Source: Lacrimispora sp.
GTDB lineage: Bacteria; Bacillota; Clostridia; Lachnospirales; Lachnospiraceae
DNA: 64,000 nt
Reading direction: 5' to 3'
NCBI RefSeq assembly: GCF_031982545.1
Contig: NZ_DALYXB010000003.1
Location: 240,334-304,333 of the forward strand
Part shown: piece after piece, positions 30,701 through 38,844 of the stretch
Layout of the letters: every line of letters begins with the position of its first letter
Position numbering within the stretch: position 1 is the first letter of the stretch
Position numbers and translations under genes: made by a program
The notes under the pieces: generated by a model
The model's database searches: none
The model's input: the letters and a program-made list of their open reading frames with translations, nothing else
Told to the model about the DNA's origin: nothing

Positions 30701-33700
30701 CTTTCCATCAGACCGTGTATTCCAACCATTAAATACATATCCATCTTTCTTTAATGGAAGCCAGGTTCCGCCTTCATACCCGCCTGCTTTTGCTACAGTA
30801 ACGTTGGCGTTCAGATCATATCCCTGACCATCTGGAGTTAAGCCGCCAGTATTACCATTTCCAGCATAGTCAACATAATAGCTCTCTTTATTTCTTATGA
30901 TACCATCTACATGCCAGCCTTCCGTTCCACAAGCCGCTGACTCATATTTTATAACATACCATTCAATATACTCATTCTTTTCAAGATTTTTATCTTCCCA
31001 ACCAGCAGTAACCTCATAAAACTTGTCGTTTAAATTCGCCTGTACATTGTCTTTTCCTGTTACTGTTATTAAGGGGTTGATATAATTTAATAGATTATCA
31101 CCTGACCCTATGGTTTTAAAATATTGACCGTAATCCTTATAAATAAATTCATAGCTGCGACTGGTCTGGTTTCTTGGCTCTGCCGGCAAATCTCCGCCAT
31201 CATTTAAAACCGCTACCCACAACCGGCCTGACGCGCTGCCCCCGGTTTGTGCCCAAACCGCATATAAGATTTTTGCTTTAGCGGTTTCATTGGCATCTAA
31301 TGTGAAGGTGTCTGTATAAACTTCATTATATCCTGCATTCCCCTTAGAAGTTATTTTACCTCCGTCCGGAGAATCGCTCCAACCCATAAATTTGTAATTG
31401 GCTCTGGTTAAGCTGCTGCCATCTGGTAATTCAATTGAATCCCCCGGTTTTGCGTTTTTTGAGGATACGGATCCCTGACCACCATTGGCATCAAACTGGA
31501 CTGTTATACCATTCTGCGAATACCATAAATAAATGCTGTTCTTTTCCAGATCCGTCCATTTAGATGATGAAGTTTTATAATAAATAGTATAATCCCATAA
31601 ACCATTATCACATTGGAGGGATTGAATCACAGATCCGCTTAGGAAATTGCTTCCGACAGTGGCCTTATCAAAGGTATATCCACTTACATCAGGTGCAATA
31701 TCTTTCATTGATATAGCTTTTCCAAAGGATAGACTATCAGAACGTATCGCATCTGTTCCAATAGGAATAGCCGCTCCATTGTCGTATTTTACTAAATTTA
31801 ATGGAAGAGATTTTCTCCCCCAAAAATTACTGAACACGATTGTATAAGTTGAAAAATGTTCCGCCTCAAACGTAATTTCATTAATACCTTTATTTTCCTG
31901 TACATTCAGTTCTTCTGAAACGGGCTCCACAGAAGCCACATCTGCCGCTGTCACCTTTGCCTGTGGTTCATCTTCCTTAGTCGTGGCAACATAAACTACC
32001 TCAACCGTATTCGCTTCCCTGCTGTGATTCTCCATTGGAGTTCCGGAAAACGTCACCTGTACAGAACCATTCCAGATCTGGTTATCCAGTTTGTTGCCGC
32101 TGCGGTCAAGAAGATCAATGTTATAAGATAAAGAACTGATTACCTTTTTTGCCTCTCCATCCTCTTTTGCCTGAGCCTCAACTTTTTCTTTCACTGCATC
32201 CCCAATACCGGTAACAACCACTGCTGATGCTTTTACGCCTGCGGGTAATACCCCTTCCGGTGCATGCAAACGTATTATGGTGCCATCTTCCATAACAAGC
32301 TGGGAAGAAAATTCCGGATGTTCTCCAGTTTCCGACATATGAACTTCTATTTCCTGATCCTCATAAATCTCTGGAACGGAATACCAGGCGGTCTGTGAAC
32401 CATCTGTATTATCTGTTGCAGAATCAGATTTCAATGTTTGTCCATTCGCCGTTACACTCTCAATCCCATATCCAATCTGATTTTTAACACCAAAGGTCAG
32501 CTCCTGACCTTCCTCAACTCCCCTTGGCCCTTCAATAATACGGGCACTGGCTTCCGGATTAATTGTATATGAAATCTTATATCCATCATAGTCTTCTAAC
32601 GCTTTTAACTGATTGATTGTAACCATATAAGCCTTGGCAGTGGAACAATATCCAATACCAACCAAATCGGCTGATCCGGCTGGAGAAGCCTTTGTTTCTG
32701 AGTTTGGCGTCTCTGGTACTGGCTTGCTTTCCGAAGGGGAAGCCGTTCCGGTAGTTGTATTGGTCGTACCCCCTGCGGTGTTCTTGCCGGCAGACGAAGA
32801 CTGGCTTTCTGCAGGAACCTGGGTGGTTTCAGGCTGAGTGGTTTCGATCTGGGACGTTTCCGCCTGCGTTGATTCAGACTTTGGGGTCTCCGCCTGTGTT
32901 GACTCAACCTGTGTGGTCTCGGCCTGTGTGGTTTCGGCCTGTGTGGTTTCGGCCTGTGTGGTTTCGGCCTTGGTTGACGCCTCTGTCTCCTTTGATTCTC
33001 TCACATTCTCGGGATCAACAGCAGCTGTCTCTTCACTGACTTCTGCGGCTTCCGTTACCTCACCATTTTCTTTGGCAGCAACTACCGGTGCATTGTGGCG
33101 AATAATAGAAGCTACTGGCTCAGAGACTTTGCTCTCAGAAACCGGAATCTCTTCCGGCTCGGTTGCTTCTTTGACTGATTCCTCTGCCGGAGCCTCAGTC
33201 TGGCTTTCTGTTGGAGCAGCTATCGTCTCCTCTGGCAGTTTTGCAGGGGTTTCCTCTGGTGCTGATGTGGTCTCCTCTGGTGCTGTAGTTTCCTTCACAG
33301 GTGCAGTCTCAACTGCTTTTTCAGCCTCTGCAGGAGTTGCTGTTTCCGGTACCTTTGTTTCTCCGGTTACAGTTGGTTGTTCTGGCTTAGTAACAACATT
33401 TACTTCCTCTTTACCAAATGCTGATTCATAACTCCTTACCGTAATGCGGTTGGTCTTTTTCACCTTTTCTACGCCGTTATCCATCCTGGTAATTTCTGTA
33501 GAACAGCTAATGGTATTTTCTCCGTTATTTACGTACAAGAAAACAATTTCTTCATCGCCGGTTACCATATACATGTCATCAGCATTTTCCGGTATTCGGA
33601 CAAACACACGCAGCTGTGCATCCACACCTTCCCCCTGAAGTTCAGGAAAGGCTTCGTAAATCTTACCTTTCCCAAAAAATAGTTCCTTAAATTCCGCAAT

Positions 33701-33955
33701 TTTACCATTGGTGAAATCCAGATCCTCTGCTGTCACCTCATCCCCATTGACAATCGCATCTTCAATGGCTTTGATAAGCTGCGATCCCCCCACTGAGAAA
33801 GTAACGGACTCCGATGAACTGGCTGCATACACCTGATTTGTGTCTGCACCTACATTGGCCAGTATCATGGCCGCAGCAAGTAAAAATGCCAGTAATCGTT
33901 TTTGAAAACAGTAAAATGTCCGCGACGGTATCCTAGATCTTTTTCTTTTTTTCAT
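24719..33955 (-). CDS. Giant LPXTG-anchored cell-surface adhesin (3078 aa) with MucBP-like tandem repeats and Listeria-Bacteroides-type repeats
   Basis: Signal peptide (KRLLAFLLAAAMILANVGA). A Thr/Glu/Ala/Pro-rich stalk contains TQAET repeats. InlB-B/Flg_new-like motifs are YKFMGWSDSPDG, GYVFNGWNTRSDGKG and GYKFSGWYSD. There are 19+1 repeats of 74-76 aa, two larger C-terminal modules and a GGGSSGGSSGGSSGGG linker. The sorting signal is LPKTGD plus a hydrophobic segment plus HRRKDER. Confidence 0.9.
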   Translation of the reverse strand: MKKRKRSRIPSRTFYCFQKRLLAFLLAAAMILANVGADTNQVYAASSSESVTFSVGGSQLIKAIEDAIVNGDEVTAEDLDFTNGKIAEFKELFFGKGKIYEAFPELQGEGVDAQLRVFVRIPENADDMYMVTGDEEIVFLYVNNGENTISCSTEITRMDNGVEKVKKTNRITVRSYESAFGKEEVNVVTKPEQPTVTGETKVPETATPAEAEKAVETAPVKETTAPEETTSAPEETPAKLPEETIAAPTESQTEAPAEESVKEATEPEEIPVSESKVSEPVASIIRHNAPVVAAKENGEVTEAAEVSEETAAVDPENVRESKETEASTKAETTQAETTQAETTQAETTQVESTQAETPKSESTQAETSQIETTQPETTQVPAESQSSSAGKNTAGGTTNTTTGTASPSESKPVPETPNSETKASPAGSADLVGIGYCSTAKAYMVTINQLKALEDYDGYKISYTINPEASARIIEGPRGVEEGQELTFGVKNQIGYGIESVTANGQTLKSDSATDNTDGSQTAWYSVPEIYEDQEIEVHMSETGEHPEFSSQLVMEDGTIIRLHAPEGVLPAGVKASAVVVTGIGDAVKEKVEAQAKEDGEAKKVISSLSYNIDLLDRSGNKLDNQIWNGSVQVTFSGTPMENHSREANTVEVVYVATTKEDEPQAKVTAADVASVEPVSEELNVQENKGINEITFEAEHFSTYTIVFSNFWGRKSLPLNLVKYDNGAAIPIGTDAIRSDSLSFGKAISMKDIAPDVSGYTFDKATVGSNFLSGSVIQSLQCDNGLWDYTIYYKTSSSKWTDLEKNSIYLWYSQNGITVQFDANGGQGSVSSKNAKPGDSIELPDGSSLTRANYKFMGWSDSPDGGKITSKGNAGYNEVYTDTFTLDANETAKAKILYAVWAQTGGSASGRLWVAVLNDGGDLPAEPRNQTSRSYEFIYKDYGQYFKTIGSGDNLLNYINPLITVTGKDNVQANLNDKFYEVTAGWEDKNLEKNEYIEWYVIKYESAACGTEGWHVDGIIRNKESYYVDYAGNGNTGGLTPDGQGYDLNANVTVAKAGGYEGGTWLPLKKDGYVFNGWNTRSDGKGEAFNEGDSFSLTKDFITENHSKADNTVTLYAQWRLKNSVQIKYQAVGEGNVSPASEYLNPDIGVSKGAAATPDKGYKFSGWYSDAACTVPVSASAKYTPDRPASGWGDGTTFYARFVVDDTQKFGYTVNYYIKGTTAAVPGLVALTGSAPVGTFTWKNEPKTATGYKLVTSPSQPTSMIITADGSNEQTVYYEIDETQKFGYTVNYFVKGTTTPVPGLFALTGSAPVGTFTWKNDPVTTTGYKLITSSQQPTSMTITATGSNVQTVYYEIDETQKFDYTVNYYIKGTTTAVPGLVSLNGKSPIGTFTWSNVTKTATGYKLVTSTPQPTSMTITAAGPNQQTVYYEVDATQKFDYTVNYYIKGTTAVVPGLKALTGSAPVGTFTWKNEPKTATGYKLMAEQPISMAITSAGPNVQTVYYETDETQKFSYTVNYYIKGTATAVPGLAPLSGSAPVGTFTWSNVTKTATGYKLVTSSQQPTSMTITADGLNEKTVYYEIDETQKFDYTVNYYIKGTTTAVPGLTPLTGSAQVGEFSWRNEPKTETGYKLMARQPESMTITAAGPNEKVVYYEVDKAQTFGYTVNYYIKDTTTAVPGITVMTGRAPIGEFSWRNEPKTETGYKLMAGQPNSMTITADGPNVRTVYYEIDETQKFGYTVNYFIKGSTVPVPGLTALSGKAPVGVYSWANPSKTDTGYKLMAGQPASMIITAAGSNVKTVYYEIDETQKFDYTVNYYIKGTTTVVPGLTTMSGKAPAGEFSWRNEPKTETGYRLMIGQPETMTITSAGPNVKTVYYEIDDTQKFDYTVNFYIKNTTTAVPGLKALTERASVGELSWTNVPKTETGYKLMAGQPNSMTITSAGPNVKAVYYEIDETQKFDYTVNYFIKGTTAAVPGLTTLAGKAPVGEFTWKNEPKTKTGYKLVAEQPESMTITDAGPNEKTVYYEIDEMQKFGYTVNYYIKDTETGVPGLTPLTGSEPVGTFTWKNEPKTATGYKLVAEQPASMTITAAGPNVKTVYYEIDETQKFGYTVNYYIKDTTTGVPGLTPLTGSEPIGTFTWKNESKTPTGYKLVDDQPESMTITSAGPNEKTVYYEIDEAQKFGYKVNYYIKDTTIGVPGLTPLTGNEPVGTFTWKNEPKTVTGYKLVAGQPTGMTITAEGPNEKTVYYEIDETQSFDYSVNYYIKDTTTVVPGLESLTGKKPVGEFTWTNMSKTPTGYKLMADQPTSMTINSEGPNEKTVYYEIDETQKFGYTVNFFIKDTTTAVPGLNPLTGSVSVGDITWSNDPKTATGYKLMAEQPESMTITAAGPNQKSVYYEIDESQKFDYSVNYYIKDTTTAVPGLIALTGSEPVGEITWINTPKTTTGYKLVADQPVSMTITAAGPNEKTVYYEVDETQKFDYRVNYYIKDTTTAVPGLDVRTGSEPVGEFIWTNVSKTATGYKLMADQPTSMTITSAGSNEKTVYYEIDETQKFDYSVNYYIKDTTTAVPGLESLTASAPVGEVTWINPPKTTTGYKLMAEQPESMTVTSAGPNEKTVYYEIDEDQTLNYKIKYFYNNSEDPGAEENQKVLVAEPTVNKVTLKEKAGYRLSDKPYNPELPTVITGENNVINVYYDPVQVNYMVDLYYQVNGEYAEQPTYSYTRNGYTESTAEVTADDRQIKKPGYVFDEAKENVLGGAIAGDGSLVLKVYFKQQFTVTYAPGTQGTFAIQKAEGLDYNTVTPEYDGTPIGKSGYVFAGWSPKPEPVVTTDNTYVAQWISSTSTKYTVEFYYESKGKYPEKANNSSLRAGTTDATAAVTDSDKAALSGYILDSNAANVFEAAVAGDGGMVLRVYFKQQFAITYNPGEHGSFNEQTNTGLSYGDAVPAFEGQTTANGNYSFIGWNKEIAKTVSENVVYTALWSYNGGGSSGGSSGGSSGGGPRATGTRQAGGPGDTTVTIEPVPVPLANLPENTNLVTIDDGNIPLAGLPKTGDRAPVQGVAAIVSGILLAAYLAISHRRKDER
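26102..30343 (-). repeat. 19 in-frame tandem coding repeats of 222-228 bp (MucBP-like domain units); a 20th degenerate unit follows at about 25880-26101
   Basis: The protein unit is (D)ETQKF(G/D)YTVNYYIK(G/D)TTTAVPGL..LTGS.PVG.F.W.N..KT.TGYKL...QP.SMTITAAGPN.KTVYYEI. I counted 19 units by eye. DNA landmarks such as TTCATCAATCTCATAATACAC recur about every 222 bp. The units are diverged, not identical. Confidence 0.9.
32911..32970 (-). repeat. 15-bp perfect tandem microrepeat (GTGTGGTTTCGGCCT, about 4 units) encoding TQAET, flanked by degenerate units from about 32836
   Basis: Read directly. Three identical units plus one with a single mismatch are embedded in the peptide TQAETTQAETTQAETTQVESTQAETPKSESTQAETSQIETTQPETTQV. 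Confidence 0.85.
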
Positions 33956-34275
33956 ACATACACATTTCTCCTCTCATAATATTTTTTCCATAATAAGGAT
34001 AAAATGCCGAATTACTGCATAAGTATATGAAACAGCATTTTTCCAATCTGGTATGTTCTAAAAAACATATTTTGTAATATTATATGATAGGAATGTCAAA
34101 TTTAATCCAACTTTGTACAAGGAATGCTAAATAATGTTATATTTTCCAGGTACTTTTTATTTGTCTGCATTGTTAAGTGAATAGATTCATAAAGAAGGAC
34201 ACCCCAAATACCCAACCCCTCCCCTGGAATCTTTCAGATTTAACAATCGCCGCCATGTTTTTTATAATAAAAAAT

Positions 34276-34324
34276 ACCCTGATGGCAAGACACAAACTCA
34301 TATTTGTGCTTTTCCATCAGGGTA
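34276..34324 (-). terminator. Second of two tandem hairpin terminators downstream of the carD-like gene
   Basis: ACCCTGATGG...CCATCAGGGT with an inner CACAAA/TTTGTG stem. On the minus strand it is followed by ATTTTTTATTAT. Confidence 0.5.
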
Positions 34325-34351
34325 TAAAACAATACCAGGAATAACAAATTA

Positions 34352-34389
34352 AAGAACGTCCTCCCAGCGATACGGGAGGACGTTCTTTA
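34352..34389 (-). terminator. Hairpin terminator overlapping the carD-like stop codon
   Basis: Perfect 15-bp stem AAAGAACGTCCTCCC / GGGAGGACGTTCTTT with an 8-nt loop. Confidence 0.6.
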
Positions 34390-34905
34390 ATTTGTTACAT
34401 CTGAAAAGACACGGCTCATTACCATATCTTTTATTCCATCTTTATCCACTTCCAAAGCTGCTGCCAGCTCACCATATAACAGATCCTCTGCCTTATTAAA
34501 ATAGAAATCATCCTTTGCAGTATTCTTTTTGCCTTCTGCAAGTCTCTTTCTTTTTTTCAAATACAGTGTCTTTACAATCTGCATCCAGCCGGCACATTCA
34601 CATTTTAACATAATGGCCTTAAAAATGCATTCCCGTTCTCTTTCATCCAACACCCAGATTGCTTCGATGCTGGGGATCTGATCGATGAGATCCATTGCTT
34701 CCTCCCTGGTAGCAGCGGCTCTGATAGCTGTTTTTCGGTTATCAACAGGTGTGTAAACGGCACTTTGGTGCTCCTCGTAAAGAGGCTTTAAGGTATAGTA
34801 GGTCCTCTCCTCATCTGCCTCATACATACGCAGATTCCCGATTTCCTTTACCTCACAGATCCCATGGCTGCCGAATACTACTAAATCATTTACCTGAAAC
34901 ATCAT
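34387..34905 (-). CDS. CarD/CdnL family RNA-polymerase-binding transcriptional regulator
   Basis: The N-terminal MFQVNDLVVFGSHGICEVKEI is a CarD_CdnL_TRCF-type Tudor-like motif. The size of about 170 aa is typical. Confidence 0.8.
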   Translation of the reverse strand: MMFQVNDLVVFGSHGICEVKEIGNLRMYEADEERTYYTLKPLYEEHQSAVYTPVDNRKTAIRAAATREEAMDLIDQIPSIEAIWVLDERERECIFKAIMLKCECAGWMQIVKTLYLKKRKRLAEGKKNTAKDDFYFNKAEDLLYGELAAALEVDKDGIKDMVMSRVFSDVTN

Positions 34906-35089
34906 TCATTCCTCCTGTCAGAATACCAACACACTGTTACAATAAAAATTCAAACGCTATACTATTAGTGTAACACTTTTTTGGGTATTTTGTCAGTGTT
35001 TTTTGGTTTTCTCCCTATTTTTGTGAAATATAACCAAGGGTACCCCCTGCGTTATTTGTGCATTTCACTAATTTATCAGAAAATAAGAG

Positions 35090-35131
35090 CCCAAAACTGT
35101 CTGTATTTTTTTACTGTCAGATAGTTTTGGG
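35090..35131 (-). terminator. Hairpin downstream of deoC (terminator candidate)
   Basis: CCCAAAACTGTCTG / CAGATAGTTTTGGG pair at 13/14 positions. The downstream T-run on the minus strand is weak. Confidence 0.45.
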
Positions 35132-35153
35132 TGTTCCTCTTATTCACTATTCT

Positions 35154-35804
35154 TTATTTCTTCTGAGCTGCCAGCTTTACAGCTGCACTTGCTCCCACGC
35201 GATGGCATCCTGCCTCAATAAAGGCTCTTAAATCTTCCAGCGTCCGCACGCCGCCGGCTGCTTTAATCTTTACATCTGGTCCGATGTGCTTTTTAAACAA
35301 CTCGATATCTTCCAAAGTCGCTCCGCCAGTTCCAAATCCGGTGGAGGTCTTGATATAGTCGGCTCCAGCTGCAGTTACAGCCTTGCACATGGCAATCTTT
35401 TCTTCCTCTGTTAAATAACACGCTTCAATAATCACCTTTAAAACCTGATCGCCTGCGGCTTTTTTCAGTTCTGCTATCTCTTCTTCTACCTTCTTATATT
35501 CACCATTTTTCACATCACTGATATTGACTACCATGTCAACTTCCACAGCTCCGTCTTCAATGGCCTTTTTCGTCTCCAAAACCTTGGATTCTGTCACGGA
35601 ATATCCAAGAGGAAATCCGACTACGGTACAAATGGCCAGAGTAGGGAATTCCTTGTGTACGCGGCTGATATAGCAGGGGGGAATGCAGACAGTAGCTGTT
35701 TTATATTCCACCGCCTCCTTGCACAGTTCTTCAATATCTTCCCATGTGGCAAACGCCTTTAACTGGGTATGGTCTACATAACTTAACATTTCTAAATCGG
35801 TCAT
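35154..35804 (-). CDS. deoC: Deoxyribose-phosphate aldolase
   Basis: YVDHTQLK, a Schiff-base Lys context (DYIKTSTGF) and KAAGGVR. Confidence 0.9.
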   Translation of the reverse strand: MTDLEMLSYVDHTQLKAFATWEDIEELCKEAVEYKTATVCIPPCYISRVHKEFPTLAICTVVGFPLGYSVTESKVLETKKAIEDGAVEVDMVVNISDVKNGEYKKVEEEIAELKKAAGDQVLKVIIEACYLTEEEKIAMCKAVTAAGADYIKTSTGFGTGGATLEDIELFKKHIGPDVKIKAAGGVRTLEDLRAFIEAGCHRVGASAAVKLAAQKK

Positions 35805-35817
35805 TGTTTTATCCTTT

Positions 35818-37146
35818 CTATCCTATCAGGTTCTTCACGCCTTCTCTGGTAACTCTGGCATAAATCAGAGGCTCCTCATCCGGTTTTCCATCGGCAATGG
35901 TAACTGCTTTTAAGAATTCCTCTTCTGCGGCATCAAACAGTTCCTGCCTTGAAGTGTAGAGCACGGCAATGGTTTCACCTTCCTCCACTTCCTGACCTAC
36001 CTTTTTCTTCAGAGCAATACCAGCTGTATAATCGATGAGGCTTTCCTTGGTAACTCTTCCTGCTCCCAGCATGGAAGACGCAATTCCGCACTGCTCCGTG
36101 TTCATATGAACCAGATATCCCTTCTTCACAGCCTTAATTTCTCTTTCATAAGGCGCTTTTGCAAAGAGAGAGGGATCGAAGATCACAGATGGATCTCCGC
36201 CCTGTGCCTTTACCATAGCCGCCAGGCGGTTTAAGGCACTGCCATCCGCTATGGTTTTCTCTGCCATGGCAAAACACTCCTCGGAGGTTCCCTTACCGGC
36301 CAGCCAGAGCATTCCGGAAGCCAGATTTAAGCATACTTCCGTCAAATCCTTTGGCCCTCTGCCCTTTAAGGTCTCTACTGCTTCTATTACCTCCAGGCTG
36401 TTGCCAATTAAATTGCCCAGGGGAATATCCATATTGGTAATAAGAGCCATGGTCTTCTTTCCCGCATGCTCTCCGATTGCCACCATCTTCTCTGCCAGAG
36501 TGACAGAGTCAGAAAGCGTCTTCATAAATGCACCGCTTCCGGTTTTCACATCAAGAAGAATACAGTCGCTTCCTGCTGCCAGCTTCTTGCTCATAATGGA
36601 TGCCGCAATCAGCGGAATACTTTCCACCGTAGCAGTCACATCTCTGAGGGCATACAGCTTTTTATCTCCAGGTGCCAGATTACCGGACTGCCCGATGACT
36701 GACAAACCTGTGGTATTGACAATTTCAAAGAATTCTTCCTCAGTCAGTGTTGTTCTCATGCCTGGAATGGATTCCAGCTTATCCACAGTCCCGCCTGTAT
36801 GGCCAAGTCCTCTGCCGGACATCTTTGCCACCTTAACGCCGCAGGCCGCTACAATGGGAGCCACCACCAGCGTGGTTTTATCACCAACACCTCCAGTGGA
36901 GTGCTTATCCACCTTAATTCCCTGAATGGGAGTTAAGTCCACCATATCACCAGAATGAGCCACTGCATCCGTAAGGATTGCTGTTTCCGTATCGCTCATC
37001 CCTTTAAAATAGATTGCCATCAGCATGGCGGACATCTGATAGTCCGGGATTTCTCCCATTACATAGCCATCTATCATGGAACGGATCTCTTCCTCTGTCA
37101 GAGTTTCTCCATTACGCTTTTTTGCAATTAAATCATACATCCTCAT
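35818..37146 (-). CDS. pdp: Pyrimidine-nucleoside (thymidine) phosphorylase
   Basis: MRMYDLIAKKRNGETLTEEEI, DKHSTGGVGDKTTL and SGRGLGHTGGTVDKLE. The start is the ATG at 37146, after GGGAGG. Confidence 0.9.
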   Translation of the reverse strand: MRMYDLIAKKRNGETLTEEEIRSMIDGYVMGEIPDYQMSAMLMAIYFKGMSDTETAILTDAVAHSGDMVDLTPIQGIKVDKHSTGGVGDKTTLVVAPIVAACGVKVAKMSGRGLGHTGGTVDKLESIPGMRTTLTEEEFFEIVNTTGLSVIGQSGNLAPGDKKLYALRDVTATVESIPLIAASIMSKKLAAGSDCILLDVKTGSGAFMKTLSDSVTLAEKMVAIGEHAGKKTMALITNMDIPLGNLIGNSLEVIEAVETLKGRGPKDLTEVCLNLASGMLWLAGKGTSEECFAMAEKTIADGSALNRLAAMVKAQGGDPSVIFDPSLFAKAPYEREIKAVKKGYLVHMNTEQCGIASSMLGAGRVTKESLIDYTAGIALKKKVGQEVEEGETIAVLYTSRQELFDAAEEEFLKAVTIADGKPDEEPLIYARVTREGVKNLIG

Positions 37147-37171
37147 ATTACTTAAAACCTCCCTCATTTTT

Positions 37172-37600
37172 TCAGTCGGAATTTAAATCCTTCTTTGTAA
37201 ATCCCAGGGGAAGCAGTTCTTTTAATGTATAAATAGCTGTCTCATCTTCTGCTGCCAGGATTACCTGAAATTCATCCGGGTCACAGAATTCTGCCATAAC
37301 CTGACGGCAGACTCCGCAGGGAGCGCAGATGCCTCCCTTTGCCCCCTTTTTATTTCCTACAATGGCAATGGCATCAAATTCCGTCACGCCCTCGGATACT
37401 GCTTTAAAAAATGCAGTGCGTTCTGCACAGTTGGTAGGTGAAAAAGATGCATTCTCAATGTTGCATCCAAGGTACACAGTTCCGTTCTTTCCAAGAAGTG
37501 CAGCACCTACCATAAAACCGGAGTAAGGAACATAAGCCCTTTTCTGTGCACGAAAGGCTTCCTCTTTCAGCAGCCTGATCGTCGTCTCATTCAGCTTCAA
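37172..37600 (-). CDS. cdd: Cytidine deaminase
   Basis: Zinc motifs CAERTAFF and CAPCGVCRQ. Confidence 0.9.
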   Translation of the reverse strand: MKLNETTIRLLKEEAFRAQKRAYVPYSGFMVGAALLGKNGTVYLGCNIENASFSPTNCAERTAFFKAVSEGVTEFDAIAIVGNKKGAKGGICAPCGVCRQVMAEFCDPDEFQVILAAEDETAIYTLKELLPLGFTKKDLNSD

Positions 37601-37614
37601 TCAAACACCTCCTG

Positions 37615-38790
37615 TTATTTTGCTACTTCACCTAAAAAGCTGGTTCCGGCAATTTCTCCCTTTAATCCGAACAAATCCAGTACCGTCGCTGCGATATCAG
37701 CAAAAGTATCTCTTGTTCCAATGGAAACTCCGGCTTTCATTCCCTGTCCGTAAATCAGCATGGGGGTATATTCCCTGGAATGATCGGTGCTTGGAGTTCC
37801 AGGATCACAGCCATGATCCGCTGTAATGATTAAAACGTCATCCGGTCTCATGGCTTCCATAAACTGACCAAGCTGAACGTCAAATTCAGTGGCTGCTCTT
37901 GCATAGCCCTTAACGTCGTTGCGATGGCCGTAAACCATATCAAAATCCACCAGATTAACAAAGCAAAGACCATGGAAATCATCCTGCTGTGCTTTTAAGG
38001 TCTGAATCATACCATCGTTATTGTTAACGATGGATGTGGTTTTCTGAATACTTTTTCCCGCAAAAATATCGTAGATTTTTCCCACTCCGATGGTATCAAG
38101 GCCTGCTTCTTCCAGACAGTCAAGCATGGTTTTTGCTGGCGGAAGAAGGGAAAAGTCATGGCGGTGGGGCGTTCTTTTATAATCAGGGTATTCGCCGGCA
38201 AAAGGTCTGGCAATAACTCTGCCTACGCTGTGTTTGCCTGTTAAAATTTCTCTGGCGATCCTGCAGTAACGGTACAGTTCTTCCAACGGCACCACTTCCT
38301 CATGGGCAGCGATCTGAAATACACTGTCTGCAGAAGTGTAAACAATTAAATCTCCTGTCTCCACATGCTGTTTTCCAAAATCCCGGATTACATCTGTGCC
38401 GGAATAAGGTTTATTACAGAGAATTCCTCTTCCTGTCTGCTTCTTGAATTCATCAAGAATCTCATCAGGGAAGCCTTCCGGATAGGTTGGAAGAGGCTCC
38501 TCGGAGATAATTCCTGCAATCTCCCAGTGGCCGATGGTGGTATCCTTACCCTGGGACCGCTCGGTCATTCTGCCATAGGAGCCCGCTGGTTCTTTTTCTT
38601 TCTCACCGGCTGTTACACCGTCAATATTAAACATACCAAGTTTTTTTAAGTTCGGCGTATCAAATTCCTCTGCTTTTGCGATTGATCCAAGGGTGTTGCT
38701 TCCCTCATCGTGGAACTTCGCTGCATCTGGAGCTTCGCCGATTCCAAAACTGTCCAGTACAATGATAAATACTCGTTTGGTTTCTGACAT
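37615..38790 (-). CDS. deoB: Phosphopentomutase
   Basis: RVFIIVLDSFGIG, GKDTTIGHWE, TADHGCDP. The ATG at 38790 lies 6 nt after GGAGGA. The track ATG at 38796 abuts the RBS. Confidence 0.9.
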   Translation of the reverse strand: MSETKRVFIIVLDSFGIGEAPDAAKFHDEGSNTLGSIAKAEEFDTPNLKKLGMFNIDGVTAGEKEKEPAGSYGRMTERSQGKDTTIGHWEIAGIISEEPLPTYPEGFPDEILDEFKKQTGRGILCNKPYSGTDVIRDFGKQHVETGDLIVYTSADSVFQIAAHEEVVPLEELYRYCRIAREILTGKHSVGRVIARPFAGEYPDYKRTPHRHDFSLLPPAKTMLDCLEEAGLDTIGVGKIYDIFAGKSIQKTTSIVNNNDGMIQTLKAQQDDFHGLCFVNLVDFDMVYGHRNDVKGYARAATEFDVQLGQFMEAMRPDDVLIITADHGCDPGTPSTDHSREYTPMLIYGQGMKAGVSIGTRDTFADIAATVLDLFGLKGEIAGTSFLGEVAK

Positions 38791-38844
38791 ATTCATTCCT
38801 CCTGTTACGAAAAGGGATTGCTGTGCAATCCCTTTGTCACTACA

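Noticed and set aside
32605-33431. ORFs overlapping the adhesin stalk on either strand (32838-33431 plus, 197 aa with VSACVVSACVV repeats; 32605-32907 minus, alternative frame)
   Set aside because: They are alternative-frame or antisense readings of the TQAET microrepeat and the Thr/Glu/Ala-rich stalk. They are fully contained in the 3078-aa ORF, which has a signal peptide and an LPXTG end.
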